Shown here piece by piece: positions 12,501-23,700 of a stretch of DNA of 64,000 nucleotides. Numbering within the stretch: position 1 is the first letter of the stretch; each line of letters opens with the position of its first letter. The notes under the pieces were generated by a model. The model was not told the DNA's origin and searched no databases. It saw only the letters and a list, made by a program, of their open reading frames with translations. Source of the DNA: Hemiscyllium ocellatum (lineage: Eukaryota); assembly GCF_020745735.1 (NCBI RefSeq), contig NC_083431.1, positions 45,536,496-45,600,495 of the forward strand. Reading direction: 5' to 3'. Made by a program: the position numbers and the translations under genes.

Positions 12501-14839
12501 CCCTGGGTAACCTCCCTGTCATCCTAGGACTGGCTGAACTTGACATGTGGGAGGTCCAGGTGACTGACCATGTCCAGTGAGGGACTGGAATCAGACTGGA
12601 CCTTTGACCCCACTGAGGACTGATTTCCCCCTCTCCACCACCCACGTCCACTTTGCTGAAGCACACGGAGGGGCTTTGCTGTGTAAGCTATTGCCAAGTG
12701 CTGTTGGTGTGACGTTGACGCAGGAAAGTGTGTGTAGGCTGTGTTTTTACTTTGATTTGGCCACGTAATGTGGTTAATTCAAACAGTGAACAGTTGACCT
12801 GGAGGAGGTCTCTGGGAAGAACGCAGAGATTCCCACTTGCCTGGACTAACCCAGCGCTGTGGGTTTGTATTTACAGAGGGTTTCCAATCTTGGATGTGGA
12901 GAGGTCTGACGTTTCTTCTTCCGTTCCTGTTCTTTGGCCATGTAAGTCCTTTGAAGTATTTTGCTTTTTGTATCCATTGTTGGAGTTGAGACTGAAGGCA
13001 AGGTCCCCACAACTCTCTCCTGGCTACCATTGTACCTGCATGAGCTCAGCAGAGAGTCATGTTGACCGCGGTGATATCGGCCTCAGCACTGCCAGCTTCG
13101 GTTAACCACAATGTCACCCCCCCCGACCACCAGCCAACCGTCAATCCCAAGCTTGTAAGGTCATGGCTGATCTGATGGTGACCTTCACTCCATTTTACTG
13201 CCCATCTTCCTTTCAAAGATCTGACTCCATTATAGATCAAACCTTTACCAGAATTCCGAAGATTAACGAACTTCTGAGAGAAGCATTTCCTCCTCAGTGT
13301 CTTAAATGGGAGAGACCTCACTTTGGAATGGTTCTGGATTCCCCACATGAAGGGACATGCACTCAGCATCTGCTCTGTCAGTACCCGCTGCTCTCAGGAT
13401 CTTCCGATTCAATAAGACTCACTTAGTACCCAGTTCCCAGAGCAAGGGCTGAGGCAAAATTGGAGGCTTAATGATTTCACTGTCACAGGCCTGTCTAATC
13501 CCCAGGGCCCCTGGCCTTGCAGACAGAGAACCGACATTTGCAGGAGCTGCTGGGCTGGGTGGTCATGTCTCCAATAAAGTCAACAGCTTTGAGATGCCAT
13601 AGGGAAGAAAGAAGGAAATTAGAGATGACAAAAGCTGTACTCAGGCCCACAAGACGACGCTTGGCACCAGATCTCGCTTTCCTCTCAGACAGAGTCCACA
13701 GATCGGGAATGTGTTGCCTATCTTTCACAGTCTGACTGTGGGTGATGCCACACTCCATTTTCACAAGTTGGCACATGGGCAAATCTGGGAAAAGCTGCTC
13801 ATTAACGTGATGTTGTCCTTTCCTCCTTTTCAGTTCTGGCAGCTTTATAATGCAATCACCTTGTTCAGACTAACCAACCACCCAGACTGTAAAGAATGGC
13901 AGGTGAGCATGGGGTTCGAACTTTAAATGGTTAGTCTGCTGGGAAAGGTACCTTGTGTGTGAGACCCACACCCAGTAAACGTATTAAAACATTCTTAAAT
14001 GTACTGGGGTTAAGCTATGGGAAAGAAATCTCTAACGGTGTCGGAAATGTGAATGCTGATTATAAAGGAGAGAGCTGTGCATTCCCAATGTAATGGATCA
14101 GGGATTGATTAAATACATTTAGCTGTGTCCCTAAATACTGTTCATTAACACCATTCGCTGGATGGTCTTGTAAACGCTAATCCCTCTCAGCTGAAGTCTT
14201 GTCCTGCGAGATATTCAGATGTTGAGTGTTTTTGCGAACATATTGGTGACCTAACCCACTGCTGTTCGTCGACCAAGCTTTGACCTTCTATTTTATTTTT
14301 AATTATTCATTCATGGGATGAAGGTGTCACTGTCTTGGCCAACATTTATTGCCCATCCCTAATTGCTCAGAGAGGAGTTGAGAGTCAACCACTTTGCTGT
14401 GGGCCAGACCGGCTACGGATGGCAGATTTCCTTCCCTTAAGGGCATTAGTGAATCAGAGGGTTTTTCCAACAACCGATGTGTGTTTCAGATTTGTAATTA
14501 AATTCAGATTCCACCATATGCAATGGCAGGATTTGAACCCAGGTCCCCAGAATGTTAGCTGGGTCTCTGGATTAACAGTCCAGTGATGTGACCACTAGGC
14601 CATCGCCTCACCGCTGGTGTGTGCAGCCTTTTATCCCCCCTGTCTGCTTCTGACCCAGTGTGTGATTTGAATATGGATCCTCAGCCTGACTTGTTGTGTG
14701 TGACCTTCTCTCTTTGTTGTAGGTTTCCATGTGTGGCCTCGCATTTCTCGTCCTGTTCCTTGGAAATTTCCTGACGACCGTTCGCGTCATCTACCAAAAA
14801 CAGAAACAGAGGGAGAAAAATGTCAATAAACAATTGTGA
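3477..14839 (+). CDS. TMEM120A: TMEM120A/TACAN, 3' part of spliced CDS (7 exons: 3477-3566, 5657-5722, 9312-9373, 11527-11619, 12877-12941, 13834-13902, 14723-14839); 5' exons upstream of window
   Basis: Joined exons translate to [187 protein letters not shown], recognisably TMEM120. The ERHxMDLTV motif and tail-to-tail position with POR favour A over B. All junctions are GT-AG and phase-compatible. Confidence 0.95.
4248..4660 (-). mobile_element. CR1/HER1-like LINE 3' end
   Basis: Minus-strand [23 protein letters not shown] followed by a CR1-type 3' UTR. Confidence 0.8.
5657..5722 (+). CDS. TMEM120A: TMEM120A coding exon (66 bp)
   Basis: ccacag|G ATT AAA GGC TGG TGG...ACC TG|gtaagt; [21 protein letters not shown]. 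Confidence 0.95.
6345..8009 (+). mobile_element. Young 5'-truncated CR1-clade (HER1-like) LINE, RT domain and 3' UTR, two frameshifts
   Basis: ORFs 6345-6617, 6527-7546 and 7521-7922 give [35 protein letters not shown] and RPHLEYC. Ends with a (TTCTATG)n-type tail. Confidence 0.95.
8205..8296 (-). mobile_element. 92-bp PLE-terminal insertion with degenerate hammerhead motif, 16-bp TSD
   Basis: GGGAAATGTTTGTTGA repeated at 8189-8204 and 8297-8312; minus strand reads GTT-CTGAGGA-A-TGGTC-ACCG-GACCC-GAAA-TTTT-AAC. Confidence 0.75.
8715..9050. repeat. CT-rich low-complexity/microsatellite tract
   Basis: Runs of C, (CT)n and CTCTTG/CTCTCA variants. Confidence 0.9.
9312..9373 (+). CDS. TMEM120A: TMEM120A coding exon (62 bp)
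   Basis: tttcag|G CCC GAT...TAT CAG A|gtaagt; [20 protein letters not shown]. Confidence 0.95.
10384..10608. mobile_element. Fold-back PLE-terminal element (family 1), both hammerhead cores degenerate
   Basis: GCTGGAAAAGCACAGCAGGTCAGGCAGCATCCGAGGAGCAGGAG...GGGAATTCC...CTCCTGCTCCTCGGATGCTGCCTGACC..GCTTTTCCAGC; CCTTTTAAA duplicated at 10374-10382 and 10609-10617. Confidence 0.8.
10996..11213. mobile_element. Fold-back PLE-terminal element (family 2), 12-bp TSD
   Basis: AAAAATCACACAACTCCAGGTTATAGTCCAACAGGTTTAATTGGAAGCAC...GTGCTTCCAATTAAACCTGTTGGACTCTAACCTGGTGTTGTGTGATTTTT; TCACTCTGTGAT at 10984-10995 and 11214-11225. Confidence 0.8.
11131..11165 (+). ncRNA. Minimal type-I hammerhead ribozyme motif (PLE-type), core intact
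   Basis: CAC-CTGATGA-A-GGAGC-GTC-GCTCC-GAAA-GC-TA-GTG. Stem I CAC/GTG, stem II GGAGC/GCTCC, palindromic AGCT in place of stem III, CUA cleavage triplet. Activity not shown. Confidence 0.7.
11527..11619 (+). CDS. TMEM120A: TMEM120A coding exon (93 bp)
   Basis: gtgtag|GC TTT GTG CAG...ACG GTA G|gtgagt; [30 protein letters not shown]. Confidence 0.95.
12877..12941 (+). CDS. TMEM120A: TMEM120A coding exon (65 bp)
   Basis: ttacag|AG GGT TTC...GGC CAT|gtaagt; [21 protein letters not shown]. Confidence 0.95.
13834..13902 (+). CDS. TMEM120A: TMEM120A coding exon (69 bp)
   Basis: tttcag|TTC TGG CAG...TGG CAG|gtgagc; [23 protein letters not shown]. Confidence 0.95.
14300..14606 (-). mobile_element. 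tRNA-like-headed SINE (family also at ~3645-3957 +, ~23098-23280 +, ~27860-28085 -, ~49653-49980 +, ~60630-60830 -, ~62800-63100 +)
   Basis: Recurrent TTCACTAATG(C/T)CCTTAAGGGAAGGAAATCTGCCATCC core, GGGTTCAAATCC B-box-like motif, and GGGATGGGCAATAAATG tail. Confidence 0.75.
14723..14839 (+). CDS. TMEM120A: TMEM120A terminal coding exon (to TGA)
   Basis: ttgtag|GTT TCC ATG TGT GGC...CAA TTG TGA; [26 protein letters not shown]... Confidence 0.93.
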   Translation, partial: VSMCGLAFLVLFLGNFLTTVRVIYQKQKQREKNVNKQL

Positions 14840-15177
14840 AACACGAGAAAGAGAGCAGAAGACTTGATTTGATTCTAATTTTTACGTTGAAGAATTGCAG
14901 AAAGTGCACATTGTGTTGCTACTGGGCACTGGGGCCCACACATGTGCTGTGTGCATGGGGAGTATGTCAAGGCAAGATCTGTTTCTACTCAAACTACCCG
15001 CCAACAAAATTGTACAGACCTGCTCGAAGCAGCGTCCCAGAAGCACTCTAATATTCCTGCCCCCCACCGGCTACTGCTCATCAACTGAGGTAAAATGATC
15101 CAGAGATAGGAAGTGACTGGGGGAAGCCACTGTATGGAGATTGTTTCTAATTCTCACAATGGTCCCATGACTGAAAC

Positions 15178-15183
15178 AATAAA
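15178..15183 (+). promoter_or_regulatory. Candidate TMEM120A polyadenylation signal
   Basis: First AATAAA noticed after the stop codon (~340 nt downstream); others exist further 3' (e.g. 16906). Confidence 0.3.
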
Positions 15184-17130
15184 TATCAAAGCAGCTTCTC
15201 TCCTTCAAAGTGTTGGGAAAGCTCAGGAACTCACAGTGGAGAGGGACGGGCAATTAACATTTTGGGTTGGTGGCTGATTCAGACCGAAGGACCTTGACCT
15301 GAGACGATCCCATGGTTTCCCAATCCCAGATCCGGCATCACGGTTAGCTTGCTGATCACTGAGCACTGGTCACAGGAGAGTGACGTTGGCATTGGGCTGG
15401 TGTTCCCCAGGCAACACCAAGGGTTCCATTGATGGAAGCTGTCAGCAAGAGGTGGGAAATTATTTTCTTGGTATCTGTTGGGAGCGTGGGCCTGGAGGGC
15501 GGTGGTTTGGCTGTGGAACAGTCACTCAGGAACATAGTGGGCCAGAGTACCAGCAGTTCAGTCTACTGACGAAAGGGGGAAGGAAGGGTAATAAATACCT
15601 GACAGAGAGGCCTGTAGAAACAGGCCTACACACTAACCCTGATTGCTCAGCAGCATCACTGAGGAGTCAGTCACTCTCTTCCTCCTTTTCAGGGACAGTT
15701 GAGAAAGGCACATCAGTGAAGATCTCCTGAGCAGAGTCATTTCCAAATAGTCGAGAGAGGGCTGGCTGCTGTACATCATGCCCCTGCCTCACAACACCCA
15801 GGCAGTGGCTCTGACCTTCCATGACCTGTGCCTTCTGGAAAAAGCAGAACTAGGATATTATAGGGCTGTAGTTGTGTCAGGTTGTTAGACATGGTGAGAC
15901 TGGGCATACTGACAGCCCTTTTATAACTCAATCCTCTGGCAAACGACATGGAGGAAACTCCTGCCCAGTTCAACCTGGTGCTCTACACCTACCCTCTTCT
16001 ATGGGCCTCATGAAACTAGAGCACCAATTTGCATTGCCTATGGGACTGGCAGTGGTGGTGGGAGCAAGTTCATCTTGTTCCAGTCCCCTCGGTGGAGGGA
16101 GACTCCACAGAGCCTGCATTGTCCCAGAGGACCTCTGCACAGTGCAGTGGTGCAGGTGCATTTACCTCAACTGGCCAGCAGGAGGTGGAGTGAGGGGGAG
16201 CAACAGGAGGGGGTGGGGGAGGGGTGCAGCAGGAGGGGCAACAGATGGAGAGTGTGTAATGCTGTGGAGTGAGGACAGCGGTGCTTCTCTGGGTGAGGAT
16301 CCGAACCTAGGGTCCCCAGATATGGCCCTCAGTCAGGTTCCTGGGCTGGGAGACCCCCAGCACATTCCAGAGCCCAGGCAAGCTGTGCAGGAGTTAGCGA
16401 GGGAGCGTCAAGTGGCAGACACTGTCTTTTCAATGTTCTGGCCTCACAGCCTACAGGGAGGTCTCTGGCCACACTGCTGGAGGAGGGTGTCCGAGTCCTG
16501 TGTGCTCTCTGATATAGCTGGCACTGAGATACTGATGGCCCCCAACTGATCCAAGAAATGACCTGGATGGTCAGTAGGCTGATGGTGATCTAGAGGCAAC
16601 AGGGAGGGGACTCTCACAGGAGCCCCCGAGGCACCAAATCATTGTGGCACCACAATGAACCTCCTGACCAACTGGTGCCATCTCCACCGGCTCTGGGGAG
16701 CTGGCAATTTTGCAGGTGACTGACTGATGGGTGGTGGACCTTCTGTCTAGGGCAGTACCTTCTTTTTGAGCAGGATGGAGCATATCTGCTGAAACTGTTC
16801 CTGGGCACACAATGCAATGTCAGAGCCCTCTGTCATTGTAACCTGATCCAGCTCTATTGGCCGAGACTTGTTTCCACAGATTCATGTGGAAACTTGAATA
16901 TATCGCAATAAACAGTTCAGCACAAAAGGTGTGTGTGTATGTGTGTGGGTGTGTGTGTTATCGATGTGGGTCTGCACCCACCCTGACCTCATCATTAAGA
17001 ATGGATGAGCTGAATACAATCAAATGATTAGTTTCCCCTTGAATGTGTCAATTGGTTATTTTAATGTCGCCTTCTGATAGAGTTTCAGAAGCAGAGAAAA
17101 TAATAGGAACAGGCCATTCAGCCCTTCAAG

Positions 17131-17270
17131 GAGAAAGTGGGGACAGCAGATGCTGGAGATCAGAGTCAAGGGTGTGTTGCTGGAAAAGCGCAGCAGGTCA
17201 GGTAGCATCCGAGGAGCAGAAGTGTCGACATTTCAAGCATAAGCTTTTCATCAAGAATTTTTGACTCCCT
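17131..17270 (-). mobile_element. One-armed family-1 PLE-terminal insertion inside a CR1 3' tail, 12-bp near-perfect TSD
   Basis: CAGCCCTTCAAG (17119-17130) and CAACCCTTCAAG (17271-17282); minus strand TTGATGA-AAAGCTTATGCTT-GAAA-TGTC, a degenerate hammerhead. Confidence 0.7.
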
Positions 17271-18469
17271 CAACCCTTCAAGCCTGCTTTCTCATTCAAT
17301 CCCATCATGGCTTGATCATCCAACTCAATACCCACTTTCTCTCCATCCCCTTTACCTAACTCTTGAAAAACATTCAATAATTTGATTACAAAAACCATCA
17401 CAGCTGTTGAATTCTGACTTCAAGCTTTTAACCATCTTCATTTTGCAGAAGTGATACTTGCGTTTCTCTTTCCAATGATTACAGACTGATTTTACTTGAG
17501 TCTTACATTTATTACTTTCTTGTATTTTCAATAACGATCAGTTTTCTATTCATTAACTTGCAGCAATATTTGTTCAAAAAACTAACCTTTGATCGTGTTT
17601 AAAGTTTGATCTGTGCTACAGGTTAATGCCAAAGGCACAGTCCACTGTCCAGCCAGTCCTGTTGTGGGAGTGACACTGTGCAGTAGTCCTGATGTTGCAT
17701 TGGAGTTTTACTCTCATATGTTCATTCTTAGGCCTCTCGAATTGGAGTAATGACTGCTCTGCACTGATAGCTGTACGTAAACTGCAGTTTCACTGGGATG
17801 TAGCGTTCCCATGTTCAGGAATGTAAAGAGGATTGTGCAAATTGTCCCTAATTAAATAAAGGTTTGAAATTGTTAACTGGGTGTGTTTTTTTTGTGGGGG
17901 GGGGGGATAAAAAATCCAATTTTTCACTCGTTGTGCAAAAACATGTTTCCAGATATTATCCTGGTCTCTGAATTTTCTTTTAAATAGGAAGCAGCTTTTT
18001 ACTACTCTATTGCCTAAATGCAAGCTAAAATAATATTTAGCTACACATCAATAGCTCACACTTAATATTTTGAAATGAGAAAATCTTGCATTGGTGCAGC
18101 TTAATTTTCATTCTGTGGCAGACTACTTTAGCAATGCCTTTTCAACAGTCAAAGTTTTACAAGATTTTATTTTGAAGCAAGCTTACCCACTATCCCCCCC
18201 CTCCCCCAGATTAATTTCCAAGTAGTTCTTCATTGAAAAAAGGTACTAGAGAAACTCATGGGCCTTTTGCATTGATTTAATAGTTAGAAATAGTAGCTTA
18301 AAAGAAGTTAACCCCTACTTATTAGTTAACCCCAACAAGAAAACATCTACCCCACCCCCATCCCCACAGTAGGTCTCCCTGCTATCAGAAAGATGTTGTG
18401 AAAGATTTACAAGGATGTTGCCAGGGTTGGGAGGGTTTGAGCTATAGGGAGAGGCTAAATAGGCTGGTG

Positions 18470-19680
18470 CAGTGATAGTCTGGCGCACTGACCTTTACAC
18501 CGCTGGAGCCAGACGCCAACTCGAGGACACCTCCTCCTACCCTCCCACTCCATGACCCCACCCTCCCATCACCAAATCATCATGTCCTAGATCATACACA
18601 ACTTCATCAACTCAGGAGATCTCCCATCCACAGCTTCCAACCTCAGTCAGGGAACCCCGCACCACCTGATTCTACCTCCTACCCAAGATCCACAAGCCTG
18701 ACCACCCCAGCCAAACCATTGGGGCAGGAGCATGCTGAGACATCGAACTCATCTCCACGTACCCCGATACTGTCCTATCCCCCTAGTCCAGAAACTCCCC
18801 ACATACGTTCAGAACACCACCCAAGCCTTCCACCTCCTCCAAGACCTCAGTTTCCCCAGCCCCCAGAGCCTCATCTTCACCATGGACATTCAATCCCTCC
18901 ATCTGCTATGATCAGGGCTTCCAAGCCCTTCGTTTCTCCCTCTCCCGACGTCCCCAACAGTACCCTTCCACCGACACACTCATTTGTTTGGCTGAACTGG
19001 TCCTTACCTTTAACAATTTCTCCTTCCAATCCTCCCACTTCCTCCAGACAAAAGGCGTAAGATCCCACCACTAGAAATATTTCCTCCTCACCTCTATCTG
19101 CTTTCCATAAAGACCGTTCCCTCTGCAGCTACCTGGTCAGGTCCACGCACCTTTCCCCCTCCTCCCTCCGTCAACCCACCCTCCCCTACCGGCACCTTCT
19201 CCTGCCACCACAGAAATTTCAAAACCTGTGCCCACACGTCCCCCCTCAACTCCATCCAAGGCCCCAAAGGAGCCTTCCACATCCATCAAAGGTTCACCTG
19301 CACTTTCACCAATCTCATTTACTGTATCCGTTGCTCCCGATGCAGTCTCCTCTACATTGGGGAGACCTGATGCCTACTTGCAGAGCGCTTCAGAGAACAT
19401 CTCCAGGACCCCCACACCAACCAACCCCACCACCCTGTGGCTGAACACCAACTCTCCCTCTACAGAGGACATGCAAGTTCTGGCCCTCCTCATTGCCACT
19501 CTCTTACCACAGCCATCTGGAGGAAGAGTGCCTCATTTTCTGCCTCAGGACCTTCTAACCCCAAGGCATCAATGTGGATTTCACTAGCTTCATTTCCCCT
19601 CCCCCCACCTTACCCCAGTTCCAACCTTCCAGCTCAGCACTGCCCTCATGACCTGCCCCACCTGTCCACGTTCACCTCAG
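18470..19680 (+). mobile_element. Penelope-like retroelement fragment (RT N-terminal part plus GIY-YIG endonuclease), internally deleted
   Basis: Frameshifted translation gives VWRTDLYT..ARRQLEDTSSY, FYLLPKIHKP, LIFTMDIQSL, LVLTFNNFSF..SHFLQTKG, then FTCTFTNLIYCIRCSRCSLLYIGET. Confidence 0.85.
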
Positions 19681-19739
19681 CCAGTGTAGGAATGGCATCA
19701 CTCTGCCTTGAAAACCAGCTATCCAGCCAACTGAGCTAA

Positions 19740-20760
19740 CCAACCATACATTAGACCACTTAAGAGCCCATTATGTTGGAGGTAAAATATTAGCGTGAAT
19801 AGAAGATGGGAGGGGCTTTTTCAGGATGACACCCCATAACTAATAGGGTGGATCAGGAATCAGTATGAGGCCAAATTATTTAATGTGTATTAATGATAAG
19901 GAAAGTGAATTAATATTGCCAAGTTTATGGATAATACAGAAGTTGGTAGGAAGGCAAATAATGAGAATGATACAAAGGTTACAGACAGATATAGATAAAG
20001 CAAGCAATGTTTGGAAGATAGGATATAATGAGAAGAAATAACATGGGAAAATGTGAGGTTATACACTTTGGCAGCAAGAAAAGCTGAATATTATTGAACA
20101 CGGGAAGGACTATAGAAAACCGTAGCACATGGGGATTTGGCAGCCCTTGTGCTGGAATCCCAAATAGCTAAATTCCAAGTTCAATTGATAATAAGGGAAG
20201 CAAATAGATGACTGGACTTAATTTCAAAGAGAATGGAGTGCACAAATTGGAAGTCTTGCTAAAACTGTATCAGTCACTGGTCAGACTCCCATTGGAATAT
20301 TGCGAACAGCTTTTTCTCCTCTTTGTTTAAGTAAGATACATTGGTATTGGGGGCAGACCACAGAAGGTGAACTAGGGTGACTCCAGGGACGGACGGACAG
20401 ATGTGTTTTCTGATGAGAAGAGGTTGAGTAGGTTAGATGTGTATGTGTTGGGAGTTTATTGAAACATACAGTCCTGGACCATTCACAAGGGGACACAAAG
20501 GGCACAATCTCTAAAGTAAGGGGTAACCCATTTAAGAAAAAAAAATTGCTTATCTCTGTCTGAGTGTAGTGAATGTTTGGAATTCTTTACTGCAGAAGGC
20601 AAGCAATTAGATTGTTATGTTTACTTCAGTCTGAGAGATCTTTAATCAGTAAAGGACTGAAGGGTTATGAAGATAAGGTAGGAAGACCATTAGATCAGCC
20701 ATTATTTCATTGGATGCCAGAACAAACTTGATGGGCTGAATGGCCTATTTCTGCTCCTAT
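19740..20760 (+). mobile_element. Decayed CR1 LINE 3' region
   Basis: Degenerate RT/C-terminal motifs (AKFMD, KCEVIHFG, LVRLPLEY) and CR1 3' UTR GATGGGCTGAATGGCCTATTTCTGCTCCTAT. Confidence 0.7.
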
Positions 20761-23700
20761 ATCGTTCTGGGCAGGATACATTCTTAAAGTCAGCTTACTC
20801 ATAACATGCAACATCAGGTTTTTGAACGATTATTAACACTGACTTGCTCCATTGCAGTTCCAAATGCCCTCTGGTATTTCCTGATTGACGGTCCTGGGTT
20901 GTATGGTATAGTCCACACTACAAATACATACTGTCTTAACAAGACACCCACAGAGGCACAATGGCAAAAGGAGCCAGTGAGACACATGACAGCATCTGAT
21001 TTCCCCAAAGAACAATAATAAAGTCTGGGATTTCTGTAATGCTTTTAATGTTGTCACAGACAAATTACATGATAGATGTACAACATTGAACAAGATACTG
21101 TTAGGCTATTCAGAACCAGACAAGTGAAAACTAAACCAGGGAAACCGAGATCAAGCACAAACTAGTAATTCCTTCCAACAGATTAGAAAATTTGAGATGG
21201 GCTCACCTGTGTAATATCAAACTGAATGTTCCCTCACTTCATATCACATTGCAATCTACCTTCATTACAAACTCTTGGTGCTTTATACATGAATTAGAAT
21301 CTTTCTGTAGAACAATTAATGCAATAGAGAATTTCACATGACATATAAGGGCCACTGAGACAATAGTGCATTTGACATATATACATCTTCCAATTGGCAG
21401 CACACTGAGGCAAATAGCATTCACACTGAATCCTTGTAAGAAAGTAGCAATTAACAGCAGCCTGGCCTTGTGCAGATTCCCCAGAGCTTTCAGTTGGTAC
21501 AATGCCTTTCAATTTGGGGAAGGAACAGCAATGTTACATGCATTAGGGACTCTCACCTGGTCAATCAAATTGGTATTGCATTGCATTACAGAAAGTTTGC
21601 CAACTGAGCAACTAGCCCTGACCTTTTCACAGGGATTACGGAGTGAATCAGTCAGGATCAGCAGCTTACCAGGCAGCCCTTACTTAATCACAGGATGCAC
21701 AAAGTTAAAACTAACAGAAAAGTACACACAGAAGTACAGGGCTGAGCTGTAGGGTACACAGCCCAAATTTGACCATCCACTGAGTGCATGGATCTCCCAG
21801 TTTAGTTTAGGACTGGCCTAATTTAAACCAATGTTGTAGACCCTGATACTCTATGAATGAATATTCATTGGGTTGTTACAATTCCCATTTTTTCAATTAA
21901 GGCAGAGGAACCAATCCAACCTACTCAAACAGTAAAGTTTAAAAATATATATGAATGTATCTGTGTTAAACTTAAGGTGAATGGTTTATCTGTAAGTTTC
22001 CCCTGTGAGCAGTCACGATCACAGTGCTGCTGAACGCATCGCACTCCTGCCATATCCCACTGCTCGTTTTACAGTCAAGATTAAATTATCCCCGTTGACC
22101 ATTTTAACAAACTCAACTGGCATAGGTATGACAGACTTGCTCCATCCTGTACTTGGACAAACCTTTTCACTGAGATGAGACAGGTTGGCAAATTTCCCTC
22201 CAAATGTCTGGAGATACCTCCCTGCCAATTTGTTCAGATCAGGTGGATTTATTTCTTCTGATATGTTCATACTCTTAAGTTTCCAGTAACTTGGCTTTTG
22301 GTCCTTTTGTTAAAAATACTCACTTGACTTTAAGTTTTAAAACTCTTGGCACTAATTATCCCGGTCTGCTGAATTCCAATCCCTATTGCATCTTTCTACA
22401 TTCCTGTCAATTCCTACTAGCCACGAAGAAGCACAGTCCCTTCAAAGTGCAGGAATGAATACCTTCACCTGGGCCAGTCTGCTCGGGAAACAGACTGAAT
22501 TTTGCTCTGACTAGGTGTTGCTAACACCACCTACCTGTTTTAAATTACAATGAAATCTGCTCTCTTTGCAAATTCAATTTGCTCGAACTGAACATGATCT
22601 GTGAAACTACCATTTCCTCAGAATTCAGCTGTCACTTTTTATTCCTGGGCCTGTTCAGCTGCCACGTTCTCATTGAAACTGGTCAGAAAGTGATTGCATC
22701 CATTACATTGTGATTTTGAAAAAAACAACTGATAATTCTCTCCTTGCAAAATAAAACTGTAAAGTTTTGTGTGTACTACCTGTAATTAGGCAAAAGCCAG
22801 AGATTTAAAAATTGCACTTTCCCATGCCATTTCTTTTTACAGATAACCTTCTATTGACCATTTTCTATCTAAATGGCTATTGAATTTGAAACATTCCCCC
22901 CTCAGCAGCTCAGACAGAATCCAAATGTATTTCCAGACATCTAATGGAATTGTCAGTAAGTGCAGAGAGTAAGATTCTGCTACTGCATACAATGTAAGCA
23001 GCTTTTTAAAAATTCATTAATGCAAATCACATTACAATACCTAACCTATAATAGATGTTATTGCAAGACAAATGAAGACATGAATACTTTGTTTAATCCA
23101 AAACCATCCAGTTCACTAGTGTCCTTTAGAAAAGGAAATCTGCTATCTTTACTTGATCTGGCCTACATGTGACTCCACTCCACAGCAATGTGGTTAGCTC
23201 TTAACTGCCCTCTGAGCAATTAGGTTTGAGCAATAAATGCTGGCCAAGCCAGTGAAACCACATCCCATGAATGAAAGAATAACTACAAAAACAGCATGCA
23301 ACCCCTTTGCCATTAAGCAACGGCTTAAGTTTGCACGTAGTGATTCACATTTAAAATAAAACAGGCTAGTAATACAAGGGATGGTAAAGTGCTCAGCTGG
23401 AACAAACTGGGGCATGTTTAGAAATTAAACATTCATCAATAAACCTAAGTTAACACAGGAATCAGGGAAATGCAGTGCAGGGAACAGGCAGGCTACACAG
23501 AAGCAACAGTCCCTTTCAGATAGGAGTCACTGTGCATCAGTTCCAAAAGGGACTGTGAGATGCAACATGGTGGCCAGGCCCAGCAGCCAGAAGTTAGGTG
23601 GAAATATCAGTTCGCGCGGCTGAGGGGGCCGGGTTACATTAGTAAATTGCAAAAACAACTCCAGTGATTCTAAAATATTGAAAGAAAGTGTTTTTTTCTG

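Noticed and set aside
15872-16549. 225-aa + strand ORF
   Set aside because: GTG/TTG-type start, no recognisable domain, lies in GC-rich probable TE relic; likely a chance ORF.
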